Shown piece by piece: positions 20,991-29,597 of a DNA stretch of 39,115 bases; within the stretch, counting starts at the first letter, position 1; the number at the start of each line of letters is the position of its first letter. The DNA is from an uncultured Akkermansia sp. (GTDB lineage: Bacteria > Verrucomicrobiota > Verrucomicrobiia > Verrucomicrobiales > DEV007). The notes beneath the pieces are model-generated. The model did no database searches. It was not told the DNA's origin and saw only the letters and a program-made list of their open reading frames with translations. The translations under genes were made by a program, and so were the position numbers. The stretch covers positions 9,513-48,627 of the forward strand of contig CAYSZN010000001.1 of assembly GCA_964435425.1 (NCBI GenBank), written 5' to 3'.

Positions 20991-23039
20991 CTACCTGGTG
21001 ACCTTGAGGGTCGTCCTGAGGGTCGCGGCCTTGTAGGAGGTGCTGCCGGCGTAGCGGACCGTCACCTTCCACGTGCCCTTCGCGAGCTTCGGCAGCTTGA
21101 CCGTCGCGGCCCCTGCCTTGACCGTCTTGGTGACCTTCTTGGTGACCTTGCCCTTCTTCAGGGTCACGGTGACCTTGCCGGTGACCTTGGCCGACCCGCT
21201 CGCCTGACGCACCGTGGCGCGCAGCGTGCCGGTCTTCTTCGAGGTGGGCTTCTTCGTCACCTTGCGGGTGACCTTCGTCCCCGCCTTGGTCACCGTGTGG
21301 CGAGCCGTCGTCGTCGCGGCCGCGAGGGTGTCGTTGCCCGAGTAGCTGAACGTCAGCGTGTGAGCCTTGCGGGCGAGGTTCGTCGGGAGGGCGAACGTCG
21401 CCGCGCCGCGGCTGAGACGCTGCGTCACGGACTTGCCGGCGCCCGTGAGGGTCACCGAACCGGTCGCGGCACGGCCCTCCTCGTCGGTGACGACGACGGT
21501 GGTCGTGGCCGAGCGGCCGAGGACGGCCTTCGTCGCCGTGGTCTCCACGACCGCCTTGCCGAGGGTGACCACGGGGGCCTTCGTCGGCGCCTTGACCGTG
21601 AACACGTCGGCCTTGCCGCCCGTCGAGGTGCCGAAGTTGGACGCCCACACGTCGTGGGTGACCGGGTCGATCCCGAGGTGTGCCACGTTGCCGGAGGTGG
21701 GCAGGCGCAACAGCTCCGCGTAGGTGTTGACGTCGTAGACGACGATCTCGCGGTCCTGGAGGTTGGCCGAGTACAGCAGGCCGCGCTCGGCGTCGACCTC
21801 GACGGCGTTGGTGCGGCCCGTCTCGATCGTGTGGAGGACCTGGCCGTAGCCGGCCGACGCGAGGTCGGCGTCCACGACGGTGATCGTCTGCGGGTCGTAG
21901 GACGCGATGTAGAGCTTCTTCAGCTCGGCGCTGTAGGTCGGGCGGGCGTTGCTCGGTACCGCGGCGGGCAGCTCCGTGACCTTGCTCGCGTTGAGGGTCC
22001 GGTTCTGCGGGGCGCTCGTGTCGAGGTTGCTCGCATCGATCCGGAACAGCTTGGTGAGCTTGTCGTTGTCGGGCCCGAGCATGCCGACGTAGACGAGGTT
22101 GTTCGCCTCGTCGACGGCGACGTCGATCGGGCCGCCGTCCTGGATCGCGCCGCCCGCGGTGTCGACCGGGGCCGGGATCTCGACGAGGGCCTCGACCGTC
22201 TTGCTGGGCAGGTCGACGACGGCGACGTAGCCGCGCCGGTCGGCGGGGTCGCCGCCACGCGCGGTCCCGAAGTTGCCGATGTAGGCCTTGTGCGTCTTCG
22301 TGTTCACCGCGATGCGTCGCGAGCCGTCGGAGATCGCCTCGCCGTTGTCGAGCTCCCACAGCCGGTCCGCGTCGGTCGGAGCACCCTGCGAGGCGCGGTA
22401 GATCACGACACCGCCGCCGTAGGCGCCGCCGCTGCGCTGCCGCACGTGCGTCGTGATGATCGTCGGGTCGACGACGCCCCCGTACTCGGTGAGCGGGTCG
22501 ACGGCGATGCCGTTGGGCGAGAAGTGCGTCCGCAGCGAGTTCTGCGACTGCGTGGGCTGTGCCGCGGTCGGCAGGGCGAACCCGGTCCAGCTGTGCGCCT
22601 GGTTCTCGCGCTTGGGAGCCTCGCTCGCAGCCTCTTCCTGCGAGGTGGGCAGGCGGGTCAGGCCGGTGTAGTCGTAGTTCTGCGTGACCTCGCGGGACGC
22701 GGAGGCGATCGCCACGACCTTGCCGGTGCCGGGGGTCGCGCTGTGCGTGAGGGTGAACCCGATCTCGTCCCCCGCGGCGTCGTAGACCGGCACGCGGGTG
22801 CGGGAGTCGGTGCGTTGGTGGCCGTCGGTGAAGTACGCCGTGCGGTTCACCTGGTCGAACGTCATCTGGTAGCCGTTCGTGACGCCGGTCGAGACGACCT
22901 GGCGGGAGTACGTCCAGCCGTCGGCGGCGTACGCCGGGGCGGCGGCTGCGACGAGGGGCGCGGCGACGAGCGCGAGGCCGGAGGCGGCCGCGAGCACGAG
23001 CCGCGCGCGGCGCGGTGGGTGTGTCAGGGACACGGACAT
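20991..23039 (-). CDS. Secreted YncE-like beta-propeller protein with C-terminal Ig-like, Lys-rich domains
   Basis: Signal peptide ending PAYA; blade repeats (GIAVDP, IAVNTKTHKAYI, VAVDEANNLVYV, VEVDAERGLLYS, LGIDPVTHDVWAS); KLPKLAKGTWKVTVRYAG tail; GAAAGG RBS. Confidence 0.85.
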   Translation of the reverse strand: MSVSLTHPPRRARLVLAAASGLALVAAPLVAAAAPAYAADGWTYSRQVVSTGVTNGYQMTFDQVNRTAYFTDGHQRTDSRTRVPVYDAAGDEIGFTLTHSATPGTGKVVAIASASREVTQNYDYTGLTRLPTSQEEAASEAPKRENQAHSWTGFALPTAAQPTQSQNSLRTHFSPNGIAVDPLTEYGGVVDPTIITTHVRQRSGGAYGGGVVIYRASQGAPTDADRLWELDNGEAISDGSRRIAVNTKTHKAYIGNFGTARGGDPADRRGYVAVVDLPSKTVEALVEIPAPVDTAGGAIQDGGPIDVAVDEANNLVYVGMLGPDNDKLTKLFRIDASNLDTSAPQNRTLNASKVTELPAAVPSNARPTYSAELKKLYIASYDPQTITVVDADLASAGYGQVLHTIETGRTNAVEVDAERGLLYSANLQDREIVVYDVNTYAELLRLPTSGNVAHLGIDPVTHDVWASNFGTSTGGKADVFTVKAPTKAPVVTLGKAVVETTATKAVLGRSATTTVVVTDEEGRAATGSVTLTGAGKSVTQRLSRGAATFALPTNLARKAHTLTFSYSGNDTLAAATTTARHTVTKAGTKVTRKVTKKPTSKKTGTLRATVRQASGSAKVTGKVTVTLKKGKVTKKVTKTVKAGAATVKLPKLAKGTWKVTVRYAGSTSYKAATLRTTLKVTR

Positions 23040-23053
23040 GGGAGGAGTGCCTT

Positions 23054-23064
23054 TCAACAGATGA
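23054..23064. promoter_or_regulatory. Candidate FadR/GntR operator (TCAAC-A-GATGA)
   Basis: One mismatch to TCATC-N-GATGA; 3 bp from the IdeR box, overlapping the RBS region of the beta-propeller gene. Confidence 0.55.
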
Positions 23065-23067
23065 TGG

Positions 23068-23086
23068 TGAGGTTTGCCTTACCTTA
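23068..23086. promoter_or_regulatory. DtxR/IdeR iron box
   Basis: TGAGGTTTGCCTTACCTTA, 17/19 to consensus. Confidence 0.88.
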
Positions 23087-23181
23087 GGAACACCAGACAA
23101 CCTAGGTCCGCCCGGAGAGCCGGTCAAGAGCGAGGCCTCGCAGAAACGCCTATCTGGACTGTGATGGCGGTCACGTCGATC

Positions 23182-23200
23182 TGAGGTAAGACTTACCTTA
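23182..23200. promoter_or_regulatory. DtxR/IdeR iron box
   Basis: TGAGGTAAGACTTACCTTA, 17/19 to consensus; perfect AGGTAAG-A-CTTACCT palindrome. Confidence 0.9.
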
Positions 23201-23203
23201 CTA

Positions 23204-23226
23204 TCATCAGGTAATTGATCAGATCG
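23204..23226. promoter_or_regulatory. Candidate tandem FadR/GntR operators (TCATC-A-GGTAA and TGATC-A-GATCG)
   Basis: 2 and 3 mismatches to TCATC-N-GATGA; first site is 3 bp downstream of the IdeR box. Confidence 0.45.
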
Positions 23227-23303
23227 GCTGCAGGCTGCGGGACGTTCCGCAGCCGTGCCGGTGCCCGCAGAGATGACTTCCCACCCAAGCAGCGAGGACA
23301 ACC

Positions 23304-25019
23304 ATGATTCGCACCACGCGACCCCGAGCCGGCGCGGCCGTCGCCGGCATGCTCGCACTCGTGCTCGCCACGGGCTCCGCCGCGGTCGCGGCGACGACCC
23401 CCGTGGTCGCGCCGAACGGCCTGGGTGGCACCGTCACCCTCGACAACGACCACTACGGCCCCGGCGAGACGATCACGCTCACCGGCAGCGGGTTCTCGCT
23501 GGCCCCCGGCACCGAGAGCGCCCCGGGGCAGGCCGTCATCGCCGTCAAGCTCGCCGACGGCTACACGGAGACCGGCTTCCCGTGGGTTGCGGGTGGTCCG
23601 GACCACATCGACCCGGAGGACACCTACGGTGCCGGCTCCGGCGGGTACGCCGCGTTCACGATCCGCCCGGGAGGCACGTTCACCGGGACCCTCACGATCC
23701 CGGCGGACTGGACCGGCTTCGGAGCCACGTGGCTGCGCTTCCTCGGCGGCTCCGTGACGACCGAGCCCGACGGGCTGGGCAAGAAGCTGCTGGCGCAGTC
23801 CTTCACCGCGCCGTTCGTGGTGCTCAACAGCGCGACCGGCTATGCCGAGGTCACGACCCTCGCCCACACGCCCGGCAGCGTCAACAACGCGAGCATCGGC
23901 GTCACGCTGCGTGGCTTCGAGCGGCAGGACGGCGAGGGCGGGCAGAAGGTCGCCTTCAAGATCGACGGCGCTGGCCCCGTGCTCGGCTGCATCGAGACCG
24001 ACGGCGACGGCGACGCGGCCGGCACCGTCGCGCTGCCCGACGATCTCGAGCTCGTCGCGGGACCGCACGTCCTCAACGTCCTCGCGGGCAGCGCGTGCGG
24101 CGAGGGACCGCAAGCGCCCGGACGGTCGCTCTCGCTCGCGTTCACCGTGACGACCGCGGCCGTCACGAGCACCCAGCACGTCCCCGGCGGGGAGGTCACC
24201 GTCAGGCTCGACAGGTTCCTCAAGAAGGGTGTGTACGGGGGGCAGAAGGTCGCCTTCAAGGTCGACGGTGGCGCAACCCTCGCGTGCGCGACGACGGACG
24301 TGCAGGGCAACGGCACCGCGACCGTGCCCCTCCCCGCGGACCTCACCCTGGGGGCGCACACCCTCAACGTCCTCGCGGGTACCGCGTGCGGCGAGGGCGC
24401 CGACCTCCCTGCCCGCTCGATCCCGCTGTCCTTCACGGTGACAGCCGCACCCCCTGCACCCGCACCCGCACCGCTCGCGGCCACCGGGAAGGCCTCGGTC
24501 ACCGGCAAGGCCCGGGTGGGGCAGACCGTGGCGGCGGTCGCACCGCGCTACAGCTACTCGACCGGCGTGAAGCTCGGCTACCAGTGGCTGCGGGGCGGCA
24601 AGGCGATCTCCGGGGCGACGGCCCGCACCTACGCGGTCAAGCCCGCGGACCGCAAGGCGAGGCTCTCGGTGCGGATCACCGCGAGCCACGCGACCGGTGG
24701 CACCGTTGTCTCGACCTCCGCCGCGACGGCCAAGGTCGCCGCGGGCACCTTCCGCGTCGCCAAGAAGCCCGTGGTCAAGGGCACCAAGAAGGTCGGCAAG
24801 AAGCTCTCGGTGCGCAAGGCGACCTGGTCCGTCAAGGGCGTCAAGGTGAGCTATCAGTGGCTGCGCAACGGCAAGAAGATCAAGGGCGCCACGAAGGCCA
24901 CGTACAAGGTCAAGAAGGCCGACCGTGCCAAGAAGCTCAGCGTCCGGGTTACCGCCGAGAAGAGCGGCTACACGACCGTGAAGGTGGCGAGCAAGGCAGT
25001 CAAGATCGCCAAGAAGTAG
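23304..25019 (+). CDS. Secreted protein with three Ig-like modules and two Lys-rich C-terminal domains (uncharacterised)
   Basis: GAGGA RBS; signal peptide; repeats GGQKVAFK[IV]DG...H[VT]LNVLAG[ST]ACGEG; C-terminal YQWLR[GN]GKxIxGAT repeats. Confidence 0.87.
   Translation: MIRTTRPRAGAAVAGMLALVLATGSAAVAATTPVVAPNGLGGTVTLDNDHYGPGETITLTGSGFSLAPGTESAPGQAVIAVKLADGYTETGFPWVAGGPDHIDPEDTYGAGSGGYAAFTIRPGGTFTGTLTIPADWTGFGATWLRFLGGSVTTEPDGLGKKLLAQSFTAPFVVLNSATGYAEVTTLAHTPGSVNNASIGVTLRGFERQDGEGGQKVAFKIDGAGPVLGCIETDGDGDAAGTVALPDDLELVAGPHVLNVLAGSACGEGPQAPGRSLSLAFTVTTAAVTSTQHVPGGEVTVRLDRFLKKGVYGGQKVAFKVDGGATLACATTDVQGNGTATVPLPADLTLGAHTLNVLAGTACGEGADLPARSIPLSFTVTAAPPAPAPAPLAATGKASVTGKARVGQTVAAVAPRYSYSTGVKLGYQWLRGGKAISGATARTYAVKPADRKARLSVRITASHATGGTVVSTSAATAKVAAGTFRVAKKPVVKGTKKVGKKLSVRKATWSVKGVKVSYQWLRNGKKIKGATKATYKVKKADRAKKLSVRVTAEKSGYTTVKVASKAVKIAKK
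23935..24400 (+). repeat. Intragenic tandem domain duplication (~290-300 bp period)
   Basis: ggcagaaggtcgccttcaag at 23941 and 24241; cctcaacgtcctcgcggg at 24071 and 24362. Confidence 0.85.
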
Positions 25020-25040
25020 CGGCGGTGCGTACCCGCGGCG

Positions 25041-25934
25041 TCAGGGAGCGAGCTCGACGAGCACGAGCCCGGGCGCCGCGGGTTCCGTCTCGTCGCCGAC
25101 GGCGGCCCACGTGGCGTCGTCGGCCACCCACCGCTGGTCGGCGACGGTGACCTCCACGATGCCGAGCCTCGTCGAGACGGCCACGGCCCACTGCGCGACG
25201 GCCCACGCGAGCCGTTCGGCGCCGTCCCCGCGGGCACCGGCGAGCGCACCGGCCTCGATCTCGACGGTCGTGGGGCCCTCGCCGTCGGCCAGCTCGACCT
25301 CGCCCGGGACGTCACCGAGGTCGCGCCCGAGGCGCTCGAGGAACGCCTCGGGCGTCCCGGGTGCAAGGTCGTGGACCACGCACGTCACGGCGGCGGGGGA
25401 GTGCCCCGTGAGGGCGGAGGCCCAGGCGCGTGCCATCGGCTCGTGCTGGGCGTAGGCATCCGGGAAGGCCGAGCGCTGCACCGTCTGCGCGGCGACCGTG
25501 ACGGCCATGTCCTCGAAGCCGTCGACCTTGGCGAGCGCGTCGTAGAACGTGTGCGTCGAGTAGACCGGGTCGAGGATCTCCTCCGGCGAGCCCCAGCCCT
25601 GCGATGGCCGTTGCTGGAACAGCCCGAGGGAGTCACGGTCGCCATGGTCGATGTTGCGCAGCGAGGACTCCTGCATGGCCGTGGCCAGGGCGATCGTCAC
25701 GGCCCGCGCGGGCAGCCCGCGCCGCAGGGCGCTCGCGGCGAGCAGCGCGGCATGGTCAGCCTGCTCGTGGCTCAACGCGTAGCGCACACCGTCGTTGGTG
25801 GCCGTGCACTGCTCCTTCGCGCGCGGCTCGGCGTCGAGCGAGCCCAGGTAGGTGACGACGCCCCACACCCCGGCCGCGCCGAGCGCTACGACGACCAGGA
25901 GCGTGACGACGGTGCGCGTGAGGGCTCGGATCAC
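25041..25934 (-). CDS. Membrane-anchored protein with putative lysozyme/lytic-transglycosylase-like domain
   Basis: N-terminal TM; IALATAMQESSLRN...DRDSLGLFQQRPSQGWG...AAQTVQRSAFPDAY motif seen in actinobacterial cell-wall proteins; GTGA overlap with ybaN stop. Confidence 0.72.
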   Translation of the reverse strand: MIRALTRTVVTLLVVVALGAAGVWGVVTYLGSLDAEPRAKEQCTATNDGVRYALSHEQADHAALLAASALRRGLPARAVTIALATAMQESSLRNIDHGDRDSLGLFQQRPSQGWGSPEEILDPVYSTHTFYDALAKVDGFEDMAVTVAAQTVQRSAFPDAYAQHEPMARAWASALTGHSPAAVTCVVHDLAPGTPEAFLERLGRDLGDVPGEVELADGEGPTTVEIEAGALAGARGDGAERLAWAVAQWAVAVSTRLGIVEVTVADQRWVADDATWAAVGDETEPAAPGLVLVELAP

Positions 25935-26329
25935 GAGTCCGAGGGTACGGCTCCGGTGGGTCGCGTGGCGGTGCGCGACATGAAGATCGTGGCGCCGACG
26001 GCCCCCGCGACGCCCGCCGCAGCAACCCAGGCCGAGCGCGTCACGAGGTAGACGAGGGGAACGGCGACCCACGCGCACGTCAGGGCGAGCACCTTGACGT
26101 GCCACGGCAACGATCGGTCGCGTTCGTACTGGTCGGCCGCCGCGACGGCCCCGCGCAGCAGCGGGATGCCTCGAAGCCACACCGTGAGCCGCTCGCTCGA
26201 GCGCGAGAACGCCCACAGCGCGACGAGCACGAACGGCGTCGTGGGGAGCACAGGGAGCCACACCCCGAGGACGGCCAGTGCGGTCGCGGCCAGCCCGAGG
26301 CTCGCGTAGAGCGGCCTGCTACCAGCCAC
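25931..26329 (-). CDS. YbaN / DUF454 family membrane protein
   Basis: LGVWLPVLPTTPFVLVALWAFSRSSERL signature. Confidence 0.9.
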   Translation of the reverse strand: MAGSRPLYASLGLAATALAVLGVWLPVLPTTPFVLVALWAFSRSSERLTVWLRGIPLLRGAVAAADQYERDRSLPWHVKVLALTCAWVAVPLVYLVTRSAWVAAAGVAGAVGATIFMSRTATRPTGAVPSDS

Positions 26330-27323
26330 CGGCGTTCCGCTCGACGAGCCCTGCGGCGTAGTCGAGCCAGGCCGGTTCGTCGTTGAGGCACGCGACGGTG
26401 CGGTACCCGCTCGGGTCGCCGCCGCCCGCCTCGAAGAGCTCGCGACCTTCGATCCGCAGCTCGTGGAGGGTCTCGAGGCAGTCGGTCGTGAAGCCGGGGG
26501 AGATGATCGCCGGCCGTTCGACGCCGTCGCGGTGCAGCTCGCCGAGCCGGGGCTGCAGGTAGGGCTTGATCCACTCCGTACGCCCGAACCGGGACTGGTA
26601 GGCCATCTCGTAGTAGTCCTCGTCCCAGCCGAGCGCCGCGGCGAGCAGCCGGGTGGTCGTCTCGCACTGCCCGACGTAGGGGTCGCCCTCGTCGACGAAG
26701 CGCTGCGGCAGGCCGTGGTAGCTGAGGATGACCCGGTCGGGCTCCTTGCCCGTCTCGAGCTGGCGGCGCACGCTCGCGGCGAGCACCTCGATGTAGGCGG
26801 GATCGTCGTAGAAGGGGTGGACGAAGCGCAGCGAGGGCGAGAACTTCTTGGTGGGCAGCCCCTTGCGGCGCCGGCGCCCGAGCGCCGTGAACATCACCTC
26901 GTCGTACACGGCGGCCGTGGTGCTGTTCGAGAACTGGGGGAAGAGCGGCAGGACGACGATCTTGCGGATGCCCGCCGCCTCGAGCCGCTCGACCGCACCG
27001 GACATGGTCGGCTCGCTGTACGCCATGCCGAGCTCGACCCGGTACCGGTCGCCGAGCCGCTCGGCGATACCCGCGCGCTGCGCCTCGGAGAGCACGAGGA
27101 GGGGCGAGCCCTCGTCCGTCCAGATCTCGGCGAAGTGCTGCGCGACGTGCCGGGGCCGCGTGGGCAGCACGGCGGCGCGCAGCACGGGCTGCCAGCGCCA
27201 GCGCGGCAGGTCGATCACGCGCTCGTCGGAGAGGAACTCCTTGAGGTAGCGGCGCACCTCGGGGCGCTCGAGGTTCGCGGGGGTGCCGACCTGGCCGAGG
27301 ATCACCCCGACCTGCTCGCTCAC
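26319..27323 (-). CDS. hemH: Ferrochelatase (proteobacterial-type HemH)
   Basis: GTP...[66 protein letters not shown] 27323 with GGAG RBS. Confidence 0.93.
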   Translation of the reverse strand: MSEQVGVILGQVGTPANLERPEVRRYLKEFLSDERVIDLPRWRWQPVLRAAVLPTRPRHVAQHFAEIWTDEGSPLLVLSEAQRAGIAERLGDRYRVELGMAYSEPTMSGAVERLEAAGIRKIVVLPLFPQFSNSTTAAVYDEVMFTALGRRRRKGLPTKKFSPSLRFVHPFYDDPAYIEVLAASVRRQLETGKEPDRVILSYHGLPQRFVDEGDPYVGQCETTTRLLAAALGWDEDYYEMAYQSRFGRTEWIKPYLQPRLGELHRDGVERPAIISPGFTTDCLETLHELRIEGRELFEAGGGDPSGYRTVACLNDEPAWLDYAAGLVERNAGGW

Positions 27324-27453
27324 GACGGGTTCTCCGGGCGCTGGGAAGAAGTCACCCCTCGAACGTAGGGCTGCACCGCGCGGGCGCATAATCCCGCGAC
27401 AAGCCGTCAGAACCCGGTCACTTCCGGGTGGTCCACCGGGTCAGGCGGCCCGC

Positions 27454-28416
27454 TCAGTTCGCGTGGAGCGCGGCGTTGAGCCGCACACCCTCGCCGCTGC
27501 GGGCCACGGCCTCGATGCCGCCCGTGAGCGAGTTGCGCCGGAACAGCACGCCCGAGGCCCCCGCGAGCTCCCTGGCCTTGACGACCGTGCCGCTCAGGTC
27601 CTCGCCGTCGGCCCCGCGCACCCCGACGAGGGTGACCTTCGAGGCGGCCGTGACGTAGAGGCCTGCCTCGACGACACAGTCGTCGCCGAGCGGGATGCCG
27701 AGCCCGGAGTTGGCCCCGAGCAGGCTGCGCTCGCCGAGCGAGACGACCTCTGTGCCACCACCGGAGAGCGTGCCCATGATGGACGCCCCGCCCCCGACGT
27801 CGGAGCCGTCGCCGACGACGACGCCCGCCGAGATGCGCCCCTCGACCATCGAGACGCCGAGCGTGCCGGCGTTGAAGTTCACGAAGCCCTCGTGCATGAC
27901 GGTCGTGCCGGGGGAGAGGTGGGCGCCGAGCCGTACGCGGTCGGCGTCGGCGATGCGCACCCCGGTCGGCAGGACGTAGTCGACCATGCGCGGGAACTTG
28001 TCGATGCCGAACACCGTGACGGGGCGGCCGAGCCTCGCGCGCAGCCGCAACCGGGTCGCCTCGAAGCCCTCCACGGCGCACGGGCCGGCGTCCGTCCACA
28101 CGACGTTGGGCAGCGCGGCGAAGATGCCCTCGAGGTTGAGGCCGTGGGGCGCGACGAGCCGGTGCGAGAGCAGGTGCAGGCGCAGGTAGGCGTCCGAGGT
28201 CCCGGTGGGGGCGGCGTCGAGGTCGATCTCGACGACGACGACGGCGGTCACCACGCCCCTGGCCTCGTCGGTGCCCTCGAGGGCCGTGAGCCCTGCCGGT
28301 GCGATCGCGCTCGCCGGTGCCGCGCCGAGGGCCGGGTCGGGGAACCAGGTGTCGAGGACGGCGCCCGCCGTCGTCGACGTGACCAGCCCGAGACCCCAAG
28401 CGCTACGCGTACCCAT
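27454..28416 (-). CDS. dapD: Tetrahydrodipicolinate N-succinyltransferase (actinobacterial type)
   Basis: [65 protein letters not shown]. Confidence 0.97.
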   Translation of the reverse strand: MGTRSAWGLGLVTSTTAGAVLDTWFPDPALGAAPASAIAPAGLTALEGTDEARGVVTAVVVVEIDLDAAPTGTSDAYLRLHLLSHRLVAPHGLNLEGIFAALPNVVWTDAGPCAVEGFEATRLRLRARLGRPVTVFGIDKFPRMVDYVLPTGVRIADADRVRLGAHLSPGTTVMHEGFVNFNAGTLGVSMVEGRISAGVVVGDGSDVGGGASIMGTLSGGGTEVVSLGERSLLGANSGLGIPLGDDCVVEAGLYVTAASKVTLVGVRGADGEDLSGTVVKARELAGASGVLFRRNSLTGGIEAVARSGEGVRLNAALHAN

Positions 28417-28473
28417 GCGCACGAGGGTAGACGCCCACGCGGCTACCGGCCGGTACGCAGGTACATTCGCCGT

Positions 28474-29559
28474 GTGCCCGCACTGGATCTCTCCCTCGAC
28501 GTCGTCGACCTCACCGCAGCCGTGTGCGACGTGCCGTCCGTGAGCGGGGACGAGGCGCACCTCGCGGACCTGCTCGAGGCCGCCCTGCGCGCACTGCCCC
28601 ACCTCGAGGTGCTGCGCGACGGGGACGCCGTGCTCGCGCGGACGAACCTCGGGCGGCCGAGCCGTGTCGTCGTCGCGGGTCACCTCGACACGGTGCCGAT
28701 CGCGGACAACCTCCCCACGTGGCGCGAGGGCACGGGCGACGACGAGGTGCTGTGGGGCCGTGGCACCGTCGACATGAAGGGGGGCGTCGCCGTCATGGCC
28801 TCCCTCGCGGCCGAGCTGGCCGCGCCGCGCCACGACGTGACGTGGGTCTTCTACGACCACGAGGAGGTCGACGCCGCACGCAACGGCCTGGGCCGCGTCG
28901 CCCGCCACCACGCGGAGTGGCTCGCGGCGGACTTCGCGGTGCTCGCCGAGCCGAGCAACGGGAGCGTCGAGGGCGGCTGCAACGGCACGCTGCGCGTCGA
29001 GGTGCGCACGACCGGCACGGCGGCCCACTCCGCGCGCGCGTGGATGGGCTCCAACGCGATCCACGCGGCCGGCGAGATCCTCGCGCGGCTCGCCGCCTAC
29101 ACCCCCGCGACCCACGAGGTCGACGGGCTCTCCTACCGCGAGAGCCTCAACGCCGTGCGGATCTCCGGGGGAGTGGCGAACAACGTCATCCCCGACGCGT
29201 GCACGGTCACGGTCAACTACCGCTTCGCGCCGTCGGCCACCGTCGCGCAGGCCGAGGCGCACGTGCGCGAGGTGTTCGCGGGCTTCGACGTCGAGCTGAC
29301 GGACGCCGCCGGGGGAGCCCGTCCCGGGCTCGACCATCCCGCCGCCGCCGAGTTCGTGGCCGCGGTGCTCTCGGCGACCGGTCGCGAGCCGGCCCCCAAG
29401 TACGGCTGGACGGACGTCGCGCGCTTCGCCGAGCTCGGCATCCCCGCCGTCAACTTCGGGCCCGGCGACCCGTCCCTCGCCCACCACGACGAGGAACGCT
29501 GCCCCGCGCGCCAGATCCGCGAGTCGCGGGCTTCGCTGCGCGCGTGGCTCGCCCCGTAG
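28474..29559 (+). CDS. dapE: Succinyl-diaminopimelate desuccinylase
   Basis: [46 protein letters not shown]; divergent from dapD. Confidence 0.96.
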   Translation: MPALDLSLDVVDLTAAVCDVPSVSGDEAHLADLLEAALRALPHLEVLRDGDAVLARTNLGRPSRVVVAGHLDTVPIADNLPTWREGTGDDEVLWGRGTVDMKGGVAVMASLAAELAAPRHDVTWVFYDHEEVDAARNGLGRVARHHAEWLAADFAVLAEPSNGSVEGGCNGTLRVEVRTTGTAAHSARAWMGSNAIHAAGEILARLAAYTPATHEVDGLSYRESLNAVRISGGVANNVIPDACTVTVNYRFAPSATVAQAEAHVREVFAGFDVELTDAAGGARPGLDHPAAAEFVAAVLSATGREPAPKYGWTDVARFAELGIPAVNFGPGDPSLAHHDEERCPARQIRESRASLRAWLAP

Positions 29560-29597
29560 GCTCGTCGGGGAACCCGGACCGACCGAGGAGGACGAGC

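Noticed and set aside
23087..23105. Additional IdeR box ending AACCTAG
   Set aside because: Only the right half-site matches; likely chance or a promoter element
11931..27389. Calling the iron locus a mobile element or genomic island
   Set aside because: No integrase, transposase, tRNA or flanking direct repeats seen, and base composition looks host-like by eye; treated only as accessory
27412..27441. ACCCGGT/ACCGGGT inverted repeat after dapD, and a hairpin at 38761-38785
   Set aside because: Short or bulged stems without U-tracts; plausible terminators but indistinguishable from GC-rich background
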